From positions 62,001 through 103,048 of the forward strand of contig QPGO01000235.1 of assembly GCA_008632985.1 (NCBI GenBank): 41,048 nucleotides of DNA, in the 5' to 3' direction. Positions 13,201 to 23,346 of the stretch are shown piece by piece. The first letter of the stretch is position 1; each line of letters starts with the position of its first letter. The position numbers were made by a program, and so were the translations under genes. This stretch comes from Psammoneis japonica (taxonomy: Eukaryota). A model generated the notes under the pieces. That model made no database searches. It saw nothing but the letters and a program-made list of their open reading frames with translations, and was not told the origin of the DNA.

Positions 13201-13938
13201 CAAGGCAATGGAAACCAAAGTGGGAAAATGGGTGGATCAAGCACAATGCGGACATCTCAATGGAACGGAGGCCTGGTTCTCTCTGACAGGTGGCAAACAT
13301 GAGATGCATTGAGCATCCACTGGCAGCTGCATCCCTGACAAAAGCGGAGTGTCAGCAAACAGAGAAACCGCTGCACGAAATGGCATTGCCGGCAATGGGA
13401 CATCCTTGGTCATTCCCCAAGAGAATTCTCTTTGCTCCCAAACAATTCAATGGACTGGGCTCATCGGAACTTTTTGTGAAACAGGGGATTGCTAATGTGG
13501 CTGTCTTTTTGCAACAAACAGACTCACCATTGATGACAGGGAAAGAGATGCAACACACATGCGAGACCATGGCACTCAAACTCGGGCATGGAGACAGAGT
13601 CTTCTCACTGGACTACAACAAATTTGCAATTTCAGTCACAAAGACATGGATCAAATCGCTTTGGCACTTCTGCTCATCATGCTTGATTGAATTGCTTGCT
13701 CTGACAATTGTGATTCCACTGCTGCGGCAAAATGACATGTGCTTGATGGAAGCATTTGAAGCACATGGCTGCAAAGGCAACCATCTCAGAAAGATCAACC
13801 TGTGTAGAATGTGGCTGAAAGCGGTGCGGTCATCAGACGCAGTGTCAGGAGATGGCAGAAGGATGCTCCCGGATTGTTGGCACAGCACTGCAACCTGTCA
13901 GACTGCGTGCAACTGGCCGAAGGCAAGGTGTCCCTCTG
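10290..13938 (+). pseudogene. LINE ORF2: apurinic endonuclease plus reverse transcriptase, 3'-truncated
   Basis: APE: RVAFHNVGG, GLTEIN, GRWTW, VGGDFNE, SDHCLLWID. RT: IPKK, LQIIALFDA, HGSRK, DAKSCCDRI, QGIFQGHG, FVDDTD, TLGV. Coding similarity stops where the triplicated block starts. Confidence 0.9.
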
Positions 13939-15067
13939 TGGCACATGAAGATGCTGTCATCCCAAGTGGTGCCACTCTATTTTGGCTGCAATGCACGTGA
14001 GCCTGTTCTTCGCCACCTGTTTTTCTGTTGATGTTGTTGGCGGTTGTTGGCTGTTTGTCTCGTGACACTCACGTGCAGGTGTGCTGCACATGGCAAGTGC
14101 TGAACATGAGTGTGTGTGTCACAACTCCTTTTGCTGCTGATGTTGTCGCCTGTCTTGTGACACTCAGTCCACTGTGAATTGTCACATTTCTGCATCAGAC
14201 AGGAGACAGGTGTTGATGTGTTGACAGGGAAGCGAATTCGATCTGTGGGGTTCCTTCATTTAGCTGAGAATGTGTTGCTGCTAAATGTGACATTGTTTTT
14301 GTTGCTTTCTTCTCATCAATCAACCCATTTCAGGAAACATGTCCCTCATTCAGGGATCGGGTCTATGGCACCACTGACAGCTTGCCAGAAAAATGCCACC
14401 TTTGGCTGGTTTGCCCCCTGTTTCTGCTGGAATGTCGTGCCACTTCCAGGGAACAGTTGCGACAGTGCATTGTTTGTGGCTTTTTGTCAATTCATCCTTT
14501 TACATTTAACCCACAGAGGCATGTCGCGGCATTTTTGTTGGTGTTTTCATGAAATTAGTTTCTTCAACTGTTGGTTCCAGCATCATTAAAATTCTAGACT
14601 CTAGAGCCCTCTCCACTCTAGCTAGAGCAGGGTGCACAGAGAGCAGCTGTTGAAGCAAAGAGTGCTAGACTGCTGCTCCAGCTCTGGCTGGAGAGCGAGT
14701 GGAGGGCCCGATCATGCAGCAGGTGCAGTGGTGTCTGCAGTGCGACGACCCCTTGGAAAGATTTGTTGCTGACGCGAGCGTGAGAGGATGATTTCAGAGC
14801 TTCTGATTGGCTGAATCGAGGCATTTTTTAAAAACCACGCGGTTTTTGCACTGCTCTCCCGGTGCAAATTCTACATGCGTGAATGCGAGCTCTCAATCAA
14901 ACGATCCAGTGCCATCTGCTGTGAGCCCTCACAGGTTTAGACCGAAAAGGGCAAGAAGAGGAGAAAAAGGAAAGAAAAAGAAAGAAGAGAGAGGAAAAGA
15001 GAAAAAAAGACAAAAGAGACTCTGTTGTTTCCCATTGCAACAAAAGCGTTCAAAAAAGCTGTGTTTT
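13939..15067 (+). repeat. Copy 1 of locally duplicated non-coding block
   Basis: Aligns over its length with 15736-16867 (offset ~1.8 kb). Confidence 0.93.
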
Positions 15068-15735
15068 CTGGACATCTGTGTTCCATTTTCATCATCCCCA
15101 TTTTAGACCCTTTTAGATGCGGAGCTCGTGATCATTTTAGATGATTTTAGATCGATTGTAGAGCTCGACCCTAAAGCGCGACATTTGTTCTACCAGAAAT
15201 GCGCACGCACAATTTACACCTGAAAATGCGCAGGGACCTGATTAAAAAACAGCGTCACGGAGATCCCCTCAGCCAATCAGAGCCAAGCATTTTTAAAAAA
15301 TCGCGCACTTTTGAAGAGGAACACGCATGGAAGCACACCCTGATGCGCATCACACCTTGAAGGGGGCTCCTCACGCGGATTCCTTGTTCCCCATTTTGCC
15401 TCACAACCCAACACGAGCTGAGAATCATCATCTCTCTCTCGTGAACGAAAATCATTGCAAAAACCAGGCCATGATGGCGGTGACAGGCAGTGTTGGACAT
15501 TGTCGCCAATGCGGTTGCCACCAACATTTCCAATGCAGCATGCATCACATGTTGCTCCATCACGTGCATCTGTGAAAAGAGAGGTGAGAATGAATGTAAA
15601 AATGGACAACAACTGCCTTGCACAACATTGCTGTCACTCACACCTGTTGCTCACTGCTTTCGTTGCCATTTTTGTTTTTTCTCAACAGATTTAAGAGCAC
15701 CTGACCCGCCCATTTCGTGGCAGTCTACAATCACA

Positions 15736-16867
15736 TGGCATGCAAAGATGCTGTCATCCCGAGTGGTGCCACTCCATTTTGGTTGCAATGCACGTGAGCC
15801 TGTTCTTCGCCACCTGTTTTTCTGTTGATGTTGTTGGCGGTTGTTGGCCATTTGTCTCGTGACGCTCACACACAGGTGTGCTGTGTGTGGTGAGCACTGA
15901 CCATGAGCGTGTGTCTCGCAACTCCTTTTGCTGCTGATGTTGTCGCCTGTCTTGCGACACTCAGTCCACTGTGAATTGTCACATTTCTGCATCAGACAGG
16001 AGACAGGTGTTGATGTGTTGACAGGGAAGCAAATTTGATCTGTGGGGTTCCTTCATTTAGCTGACATTGTGGTTGCTGCTAAATGTGACATTGTTTTTGG
16101 TGCTTTCTTCCCATCAATCAACCCATTTCAGGAAATGTGTCCCTCACTCAGGGATCGGGTCTACGGCACCACTGACAGCTTGCCAGAAAAATGCCACCTT
16201 TGGCTGGTTTGCCCCCTGTTTCTGCTAGAAAGTCGTGCCACTTCCGCGGAACAGTTGCGACAGTGCATTGTTTGTGGCTTTTTGTCGATTCGTCCTTTTG
16301 CATTTAACCTGCAGAGGCATGTCGCGGCATTTTTGTCAGTGTTTTCATGAAATTGGTTTCTTCAACTGTTGGTTCCAGCATCATTGACATTCTAGACTCT
16401 AGAGCCCTCTCTCTGCTCAAGCTAGAGCAGGGCACGTAGAGAGCAGCTGTTGAAGTAAAGAGCACTAGACTGCTGCTCTAGCTCCAGCTGGAGAGCGAGC
16501 AGAGGGCCCGATCACACAGCAGGTGCAGTGGTGTCTGCAGCACGATGACCCCTCCGAAAGATTTGTTGCTGACGTGAGCGTGAGAGGATGATTTCAGAGC
16601 TTCTGATTGGCTGAATCGAGGCATTTTTTAAAAACCACGCGGTTTTTGCACTGCTCTCCCGGTGCAAATTCTGCGTGCGTGAATGCAAGCTCTCGATTAA
16701 AAGATCCAGTGGCATCTGCTGTGAGCCCTCACAGGTTTAGACCGAAAAGGGCAAGAAGAGGAGAAAAAGGAAAGAAAAAGAAAGAAGAGAGAGGAAAAGA
16801 GAAAAAAAGACAAAAGAGACTCTGTTGTTTCCCATTGCAACAAAAGCGTTCAAAAAAGCTGTGTTTT
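15736..16867 (+). repeat. Copy 2 of duplicated block
   Basis: Direct repeat of 13939-15067, including an identical ~80-bp purine-rich tract. Confidence 0.93.
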
Positions 16868-17501
16868 GTGGTTGCTGCCAAATGTGACATTGTTTTTGGT
16901 GCTTTCTTCCCGTCAATCAACCCATTTCAGGAAATGTGTCCCTCATTCAGGGATCGGGTCTACGGCATCACTGACAGCTTGCCAGAAAAATGCCACCTTT
17001 GGCTGGTTTGCCCCCTGTTTCTGCTGGAACATCGTGCCACTTCCGGGGAACAGTTGCGACAGCACATTGTTTGTGGCTTTTTGTTGATTCATCCTTTTGC
17101 ATTTAACCCATGGAGGCATGTCACGGCATTTTTGTCAGTGTTTTCATGAAAACATTTTCTTCAACTGTTGGTTCCAGCATCATCAAAATTCTAGACTCTA
17201 GAGCCCTCTCCACTCCAGCTAGAGCAGGGTGCGCAGAGAGCAGCTGTTGAAGCAAAGAGTGCCAGACTGCTGCTCTAGCTCCAGCTAGAGAGCAAGCAGA
17301 GGGCCCGATCATGCAGCAGGCACAGTGGTGTCTGCAGTGCGATGACCCCTCCGAAAGATTTGTTGCTGACGCGAGTGTGAGAGGATGATTTCAGAGCTTC
17401 TGATTGGCTGAATCGAGGCATTTTTTAAAAACTGCGCGGTTTTCACACTGAATGCGAGCTCTCAATTAAAAGATCCAGTGACATCTGCTGTGAGCCCTCA
17501 C
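16868..17501 (+). repeat. Copy 3 (partial) of duplicated block
   Basis: Matches ~16068-16731 and ends at GTGAGCCCTCACA. Confidence 0.9.
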
Positions 17502-17533
17502 ACACAACAGGATCTTGTTGTTTTTGTCGTTTG

Positions 17534-17758
17534 TGTCAACACAGCACAAAATCATGCGCAATGCGTGCATGCTGCACTTGCGCACAAGATTTCCCGCCAT
17601 CGGTCATTCTCAACTTTTCTCACAATTACAACATCTGGTGCAACAAGACATTGGCAGCTTTGCTGATTGCACCGTCATTGTTGGCCCTCTTTGCCAGCAA
17701 TGCGCACGCCATTTGACCTCAGTCGACTTTTCCTGACTCTCAGACGAGAGTTGTCGCA
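17534..17758 (+). repeat. 5' LTR of Copia 2
   Basis: TGTCAACACAGC...GAGAGTTGTCGCA; same length and ends as 37519-37743. Confidence 0.92.
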
Positions 17759-20700
17759 GCATCAGAGGCCGCAACATGGTGTTGTTCACTTTCCTTTGGA
17801 AATTTTGGAACATTAAATTTGACAAATGCACGTTTTTTTAGTTAAATTCTGTTTCAAATGTGACAGTCAAGTTGAATTTGTTGTTGCCTTTTCATGTCTG
17901 TGATTGTCACCATTTTGTTTTGATTTAAATTTGCCAAAGACTTTCAACAAATCTTACATTGTTGAACAATGCATTTTGTGTTGTTCAATTTATCACATGT
18001 TTGTGGAAACGTTTGCTTTGACAGTGCTTTTCAATGGCTTCACCACAGCCTTGCATCACCACAGACAAGGGTGTTTCTTGTGTGCCCAAGTTGGCCACAT
18101 GAGCATTTGGCTCATTGTTTCCACCTGCACCCACCAGTTTTCCAGTCAACAGCTCCCTGCCTGCACTTTGGCACCTTTTCTACATGCGCAAAACTCTGCT
18201 CATTTCACAACAGCACACCCTCTCCCCAAAAAGCATTTGATGAGAGGGTGCACTGTTTTGTGATTCCTGTGCATTCTACGTGAATTGGCATCTGACTGTT
18301 GGCCATGGCGTCTAACAACTTTACCCCGTCTCACAACGAGGTTGACCCGGACCCTTCTTTCCAAATTTCCAAGGACTGCAATTTTGATGAAACAGAACAT
18401 TTCACCAATGGTTTTGGATTCAAATTGTTCCAACCCAAGCTCAAAAGCACAACTGCAATGCGTGCCTCCAAAAAGCAGTTTTTGGAGTCAACAAATTGGA
18501 CCCCCTCTCCAGAATTCCTTGCTCTTCCCTTCCTTTGCCACAAGCCAAAGTTGCGCCGTGTTCCACATGTTGCCGAAGTCATCCGCACCAACAACATTTT
18601 AAGGAAAACTCTTGGCTGTCCCAACATTTGGTCCTGCATCATGACTTGAGGTTGGTCCATTGAGAAATCCCGCCAACTGAAAGGCAAACATGTCCTGTGA
18701 TGTAAAAATCTCAAGGAGGCTCTCCATTTCTCCAAAACATCCGGAGAGACAGAAAAAGAACAGCAGAACCGTGTGCTTCTCCACCATGACATCCATGCGA
18801 TGGTAGAATTTGTTCACACGATCATTGCCGGAGATGACCCAAATGTATCCGGCAAGCCTTGTTTCCATTTTTTACGGTGCAAAAGTCTCCAAAGTTTGAT
18901 CAACGATCGAGCCCAAGACCTCCACAGTGCCCATTTTGTCACTGACATTGTCATGCGTTACGTTCAGCACAAACCCAAGGACATGGACCACTGGTTCCTG
19001 AAGATTTTTCGTCATGCCAACACCCAAAAGGAATGGCGCCTCTTTGTCAATGGCTTTCTGGTTGTGTGCGATGCCAATGATCCTGGTTCCCAGGCAGATG
19101 AGATCAAGGGGTTCCTTGCTGACCCAACCGGCAACACACAGAACATGGTGTACAAAGAAAAAATCAATTCCATGTTGAATCACAAATTTGGGAAGCATTG
19201 TCCCAAGGAGCAAAATGGCATCCGACCTGGGTGCAGCAAGCAGCTCACAATGCTTCATTGCAGATTGCGCAATCAGAGGGCCGACTGCATGGAAGACGAC
19301 AACAAACGACATTACAAATCTAAAACCAAACGCAAAATTAAGAGGATCTGCAAAGATGGCACCTGTTTGTACAATGGCAAGCACCCCCCCCACCTCCCGC
19401 CTTCTGCCTTTCTGCCTGCAACTGTCGTCTCAACGTCTCTTCTCACACCCCATGATTGTTCATGCCCCGCCAGAGCCTTCCTTGACCGTCCCCAACAAGA
19501 AGGCCAAGCCTGCATCTCGCTTGAAACCAGCACCTCCTTTGCTGTCTGGTGATGTGCCATTGTCTGGGGAGGCACACCAGACTCTCACCGCCAACCTTCC
19601 GTCACCCTCAGAAATTGTGGACAACTAAAAACCTGCTCCCACCTCCAAAGGTCCTTTGTCCAAACCTCATTCCTCTCCTCCATCTGTTTTGGCAAATCTT
19701 CCTGCGGTCACGTCTCCTCCCAGCAACCCCAACGACATGTCATGGCTGGACAAATTTACACTCCGCGATTGCTTTGACCCGTCCAAGTGTCGGCCCGCCA
19801 CCACTGAGGAAGTTTCTTCTCATTTGTCACACCTGCACATCATTGACAAAGCCACAGACACTGATCGGGTGCTTCATCATTCCGCCGCTGACTTTTACCT
19901 GGCGGACAACTTGCGGGAAAACTGGCACACGTTCTCAAACAATGCTCCTTTGTGTGATTCCACCAATGCATCTTGTGTCCGAACCGAGTGCCCTCCTAAC
20001 CTTGATCACTTCTCCAAGGAACTCTCCATCGCCCGACAAGCCAACTCATTCCTGCCCCTCTTCCATTTATTCTGTTGAAGGGCAAGTCCGATTTGAAACA
20101 GGACGGACTGGTTGCAGTTCGAAATGGCGAAGGACGCAGGACAAAGTTTGGTTGTGCAGGGCAAGCGCATCACCCAAAGAAGCCGGGTTCTGCCAAACTT
20201 GCCAAACCCAAGGGTGCCTGTGGACTTCATGTTTTTGAGTCCAATGATGACTTCAATGTAAACAAGTCATCCAAAATCAAGGCAATGGCAGCCGACATTC
20301 TCGACTCGATTCAGCTGTGCAAAAATGAGGTGGATCTGTGGAAACTGAGCAATCCCCCACCATTTAACTGGTCGCTTTGGTGCAAGGAGTGCTCAAAACA
20401 GTTGGGCAAGGACATGGGCTGTCTTTTCTTTAAATGCAAGGATGTCACTGTGCAGGGATTGTGCATTTCCCGGGGTCAAGACTGTGATGGTCATCATGAC
20501 ACAAAAAACTGCATCTGGCGTTGACACAGGAAGACAGCCGCAGGTTGCTTTTTTTGTTGTGGATGCCTTTGGTGACATCTGGTCCTTCAAGGTTGTTGCC
20601 AACAGCAGAGCCACCATTGGTGGATGCTGCAATGACCAGCATGACATGAAGCCTGTGCTTGCTCGCATGCACCACAATTGAGCTCAGCTTGATTTTGCAC

Positions 20701-21845
20701 TTAAAGACTTGGACTTGCAACACAATGGTCCCACCCACCCCGATGTGTTGCTTTCCAGCAGCACATTCAAGCATCTTTCCCTTGATGACAACAGGCTGTG
20801 GGACAATGTTCCAATTGGTGGAGGGGGCAATTCTTCATGCATTGAGGTGTGCATGGATTGGCTCAAGTTCCCAACATTCCCAGTCAGGGACTTCCACTTG
20901 TCTGCCCCAGTCACAGTGCTCTGCCGTTTCAAGAACATTGTGTGCAGATCTGGGCCCGACCCAAAACGAGTCATCCGTTTGGCAATCCATGCAAGTCATC
21001 CCAATGGATGTCACCGATTTTACTGTGTGGGGGGCATGTGTCTTCCTGACCTTTGTTGCAAAGGTGCTGACCCGTTTGTGAACTTTGCCGATTGCTTGAT
21101 GAACACATTTGGCATGTTGTTCGGTGACCCACAGGTTGGAAGGATCAGCCCCACCAATTTGACGTGTGAGAAATTTTCTGATGCATTTCTAGACCCGAGG
21201 TGCAGAGGCACCGCGAATGACCTTGTTGACAAAATGGTGGAAGAAATCCATGCTGCACTTCTCTGGATGAACGACAATGTTGACACCAATGAGTTCTGTC
21301 CCAACTTAATGGAACAACGGTGCAAGGCGGCGTGTGATGCTTGGGCAGACCGGGGAGCAGATTTCAGTGAGATTCATCTCATGTTGGTTCTGCAATGTCT
21401 GGTGCTGGCCGGTGTTGCAGTGAAGGACCATCCAAGACTCAACCACATTGTGTGTCCTGTCTTCAATTCCGGAGCTGCTGCACAACTTGGGCATGTCAAA
21501 CCCCAAGAAAGGCTGCTCATGCACCAAAGGACATCATCTGAGACAGGAACCAAAGAGCATGGTTGGAACGGAACTGAGCACAAACTTTGTGAGAATTCCA
21601 ACAAAAGCTGAACCTGCATTTTTGATTGTGTTTTCCACGGACCCTGTTCAGGACAAGACCTGTTTGCCTTCTCTCCCTCCCGCCAGCATCTCTGCAAGCC
21701 ACACGGGTTGACCGAGCACGGAATTTTGGAGTGTGTTGACGACGACCCCAACATTTACAAATCACCAGACAATGCGGAATTGGGCTCATCTGTGTGTGAA
21801 TCAGCCGGGCAAACAGATGGTGCCAGTGTTTTCTCTGTCAGTGAT

Positions 21846-22037
21846 GGACTTGCCGCAGACAACGAACTGAGCTCATTGTCTTTGGAGGAGTCTGGACTTG
21901 CCGCGGACAATGAACTTGGGTCATTGTCTTCAGAGGAGTCTGGACTTGCTGCGGACAATGAACTGAGCTCATTGTTTTTGGAGGAGTCTGGACTTGCCGC
22001 ACACAATGAACTAAGCTCATTGTCTTTGGAGGAGTCA
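21846..22037 (+). repeat. 4 x 48-bp in-frame tandem repeat (GLAADNELSSLSLEES)
   Basis: GGACTTGC units start at 21846, 21894, 21942 and 21990. Confidence 0.95.
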
Positions 22038-22098
22038 TTGTCGTCAGAGGAATGCTTGTGTCATGATTCTGAATGCCGTGTTCCAACTGTCGCGGCAG

Positions 22099-22302
22099 AT
22101 TCTGGTGTCGTTAAGTCGCTTGATCAAGAATCCGATGAAGAAGATTCAAGTTGCGTCTCCGTGTCAGATCGACCCGAGCCACCTGTCCTTTCACAAGTGC
22201 ATTCTGGCATCATCAAGTTGCTTGATCAAGAATCTGATGAAGAAGACTCAAGTTGCATCTCCATGTCAGATCGACCCGAGCCACCTGTCCTTTCACAAGT
22301 GC
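22099..22302 (+). repeat. 2 x 102-bp in-frame tandem repeat (acidic 34-aa unit)
   Basis: ATTCTGG...TTCACAAGTGC units start at 22099 and 22201. Confidence 0.95.
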
Positions 22303-22321
22303 AAGATTTTGACTTGGACGC

Positions 22322-23311
22322 ATGTGTGAGTGCCATTTTTGTGCAAGTCCATCAACCGCCGAAGAACTCCTGGAATTGTTTGGCGGCTTGTTTGTCACAA
22401 AAATTTGTCTGCAAAATGACTCATTCAGTGCTTTTGTTTCACATTGTCATGTCATCCGCAGACAAGACGGAGGTGCAAATGTCCTGTGGCTTTGCATGAC
22501 GAGGCCCGTCCTTGCAGGAAATCTGACATTGGATGAGATGTGTTTGGACCGTGGCGTGGAGGCTGTCCGATCCACTCAGCAAAGAAGAGATGAGGCAAGG
22601 TGTCAAGTCGTTAAGGATCTTTACACACACTCAAATGTTTGTGCATGCACTGTGTCCCTGCAGGATGGCAGCCCCACTTGTCACTTGAATTGCAACATTT
22701 CTGCTAAAAAGTTTGCCCAAAGGGTCAAGACGCGGTTTGGAAGAGAGATTGATTTTAAGAAAAGCAGGTTTGTTCAGATTTGCATGGACTGCTGCTGGAT
22801 GCAAAAAGGGGAGTGGCAGCAGTTGACATTGGGAAATCACTTCTTTCGCAAAAACCCAAGGGAGGTGATGGAAACGTTGTTTCATCCAAAGCTCCAGAGG
22901 TGCCGCGTCACAGTCCCATGCACCATGTGGTCACTGACCCAAATCGTGCGCAATTTGGATCACATCAAGGAACATGCACTGGTGCTGGGTGTGACACAGG
23001 AGATGGCAAGTGCCGAAGTGATGATCTGCCAGGCATCACATTTGGGAGTCACGGAACAAGAAATTTGGGAAACGCTGCCAGATGCAGAAGCCAAGGCTGT
23101 CCCAGATTTCCTCCGAAATTGTGGATGTGACAATCCGAACGAACCGTTGCCGTTCCTGTCCTTTGAGAGGAGAATGCCCAATTGGAGGGACGAGGTCTAC
23201 AGATGGCCCACCAGGTTTTTGCTCTGCCAGTTGCCAGACAGATTTGTGGGTAGATTGTCAAAGCAGGCAAGTGATTGTTGTCTCTGTCAATGTCCTTGTC
23301 ATCCAGATTGA
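22322..23311 (+). pseudogene. Cargo ORF, putative Rossmann-fold SAM-dependent methyltransferase-like domain; may be the C-terminus of the preceding gene
   Basis: 329-aa ORF with strand-like motifs NVLWLCM, CTVSLQD, HLNCN, FVQICMDCCW (DYYW if back-mutated), RVTVPC. Fold assignment is inference. Confidence 0.45.
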
Positions 23312-23346
23312 ATTTCTGTTGCTGTTTTTGGATGCTCACATGCTTT

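Larger units (their letters stand above)
1..13938 (+). mobile_element. Non-LTR retrotransposon (LINE), Ambal-like; begins before the window, 3'-truncated, carries two nested insertions
   Basis: Long ORF1 followed by ORF2 with apurinic-endonuclease and RT motifs. Reading frames rejoin when the insertions at 753-1913 and 3151-9959 are removed. Clade call from motif style (DAKSCxDRI, QGxxQGxG, FVDDTD). Confidence 0.8.
18299..22320 (+). pseudogene. Large cargo gene: unknown N-terminal domain, Pro-rich linker, putative TET/JBP-like HxD domain, putative aGPT-PPlase/HhH-like domain, acidic repeats
   Basis: ORFs 18299-18649, 18773-19552, 19188-19628, 19656-20078, 20075-20524, 20442-20681, 20709-21611 and 21708-22499 chain through in-frame stops (mostly TGA) and a few frameshifts. 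Motifs: KFGCAGQ, DVTVQ, GHHDTKN, SFKVVANSR, NSGAAAQL, EHKLCE. Domain identity is inference. Confidence 0.55.

Noticed and set aside
14807..15106. Lys/Arg-rich ORF (also 16607-17149)
   Set aside because: Translation of a low-complexity purine tract in the duplicated block; no conserved domain.
17534..17758. Solo LTR
   Set aside because: It has no TSD of its own; its left flank GTTTG matches the right flank of the LTR at 37743.
17759..17770. GCATCAGAG as a mutated TGGTATCAGAGC PBS of a giant 20-kb LTR element with cargo
   Set aside because: It has an inverted counterpart at 30369-30376 with an AG duplication, and a better PBS follows at 30378, so it is a DNA-transposon TIR.
21846..22037. CRISPR-like array
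   Set aside because: Contiguous in-frame tandem units with no unique spacers, no cas genes, and a eukaryotic TE context.
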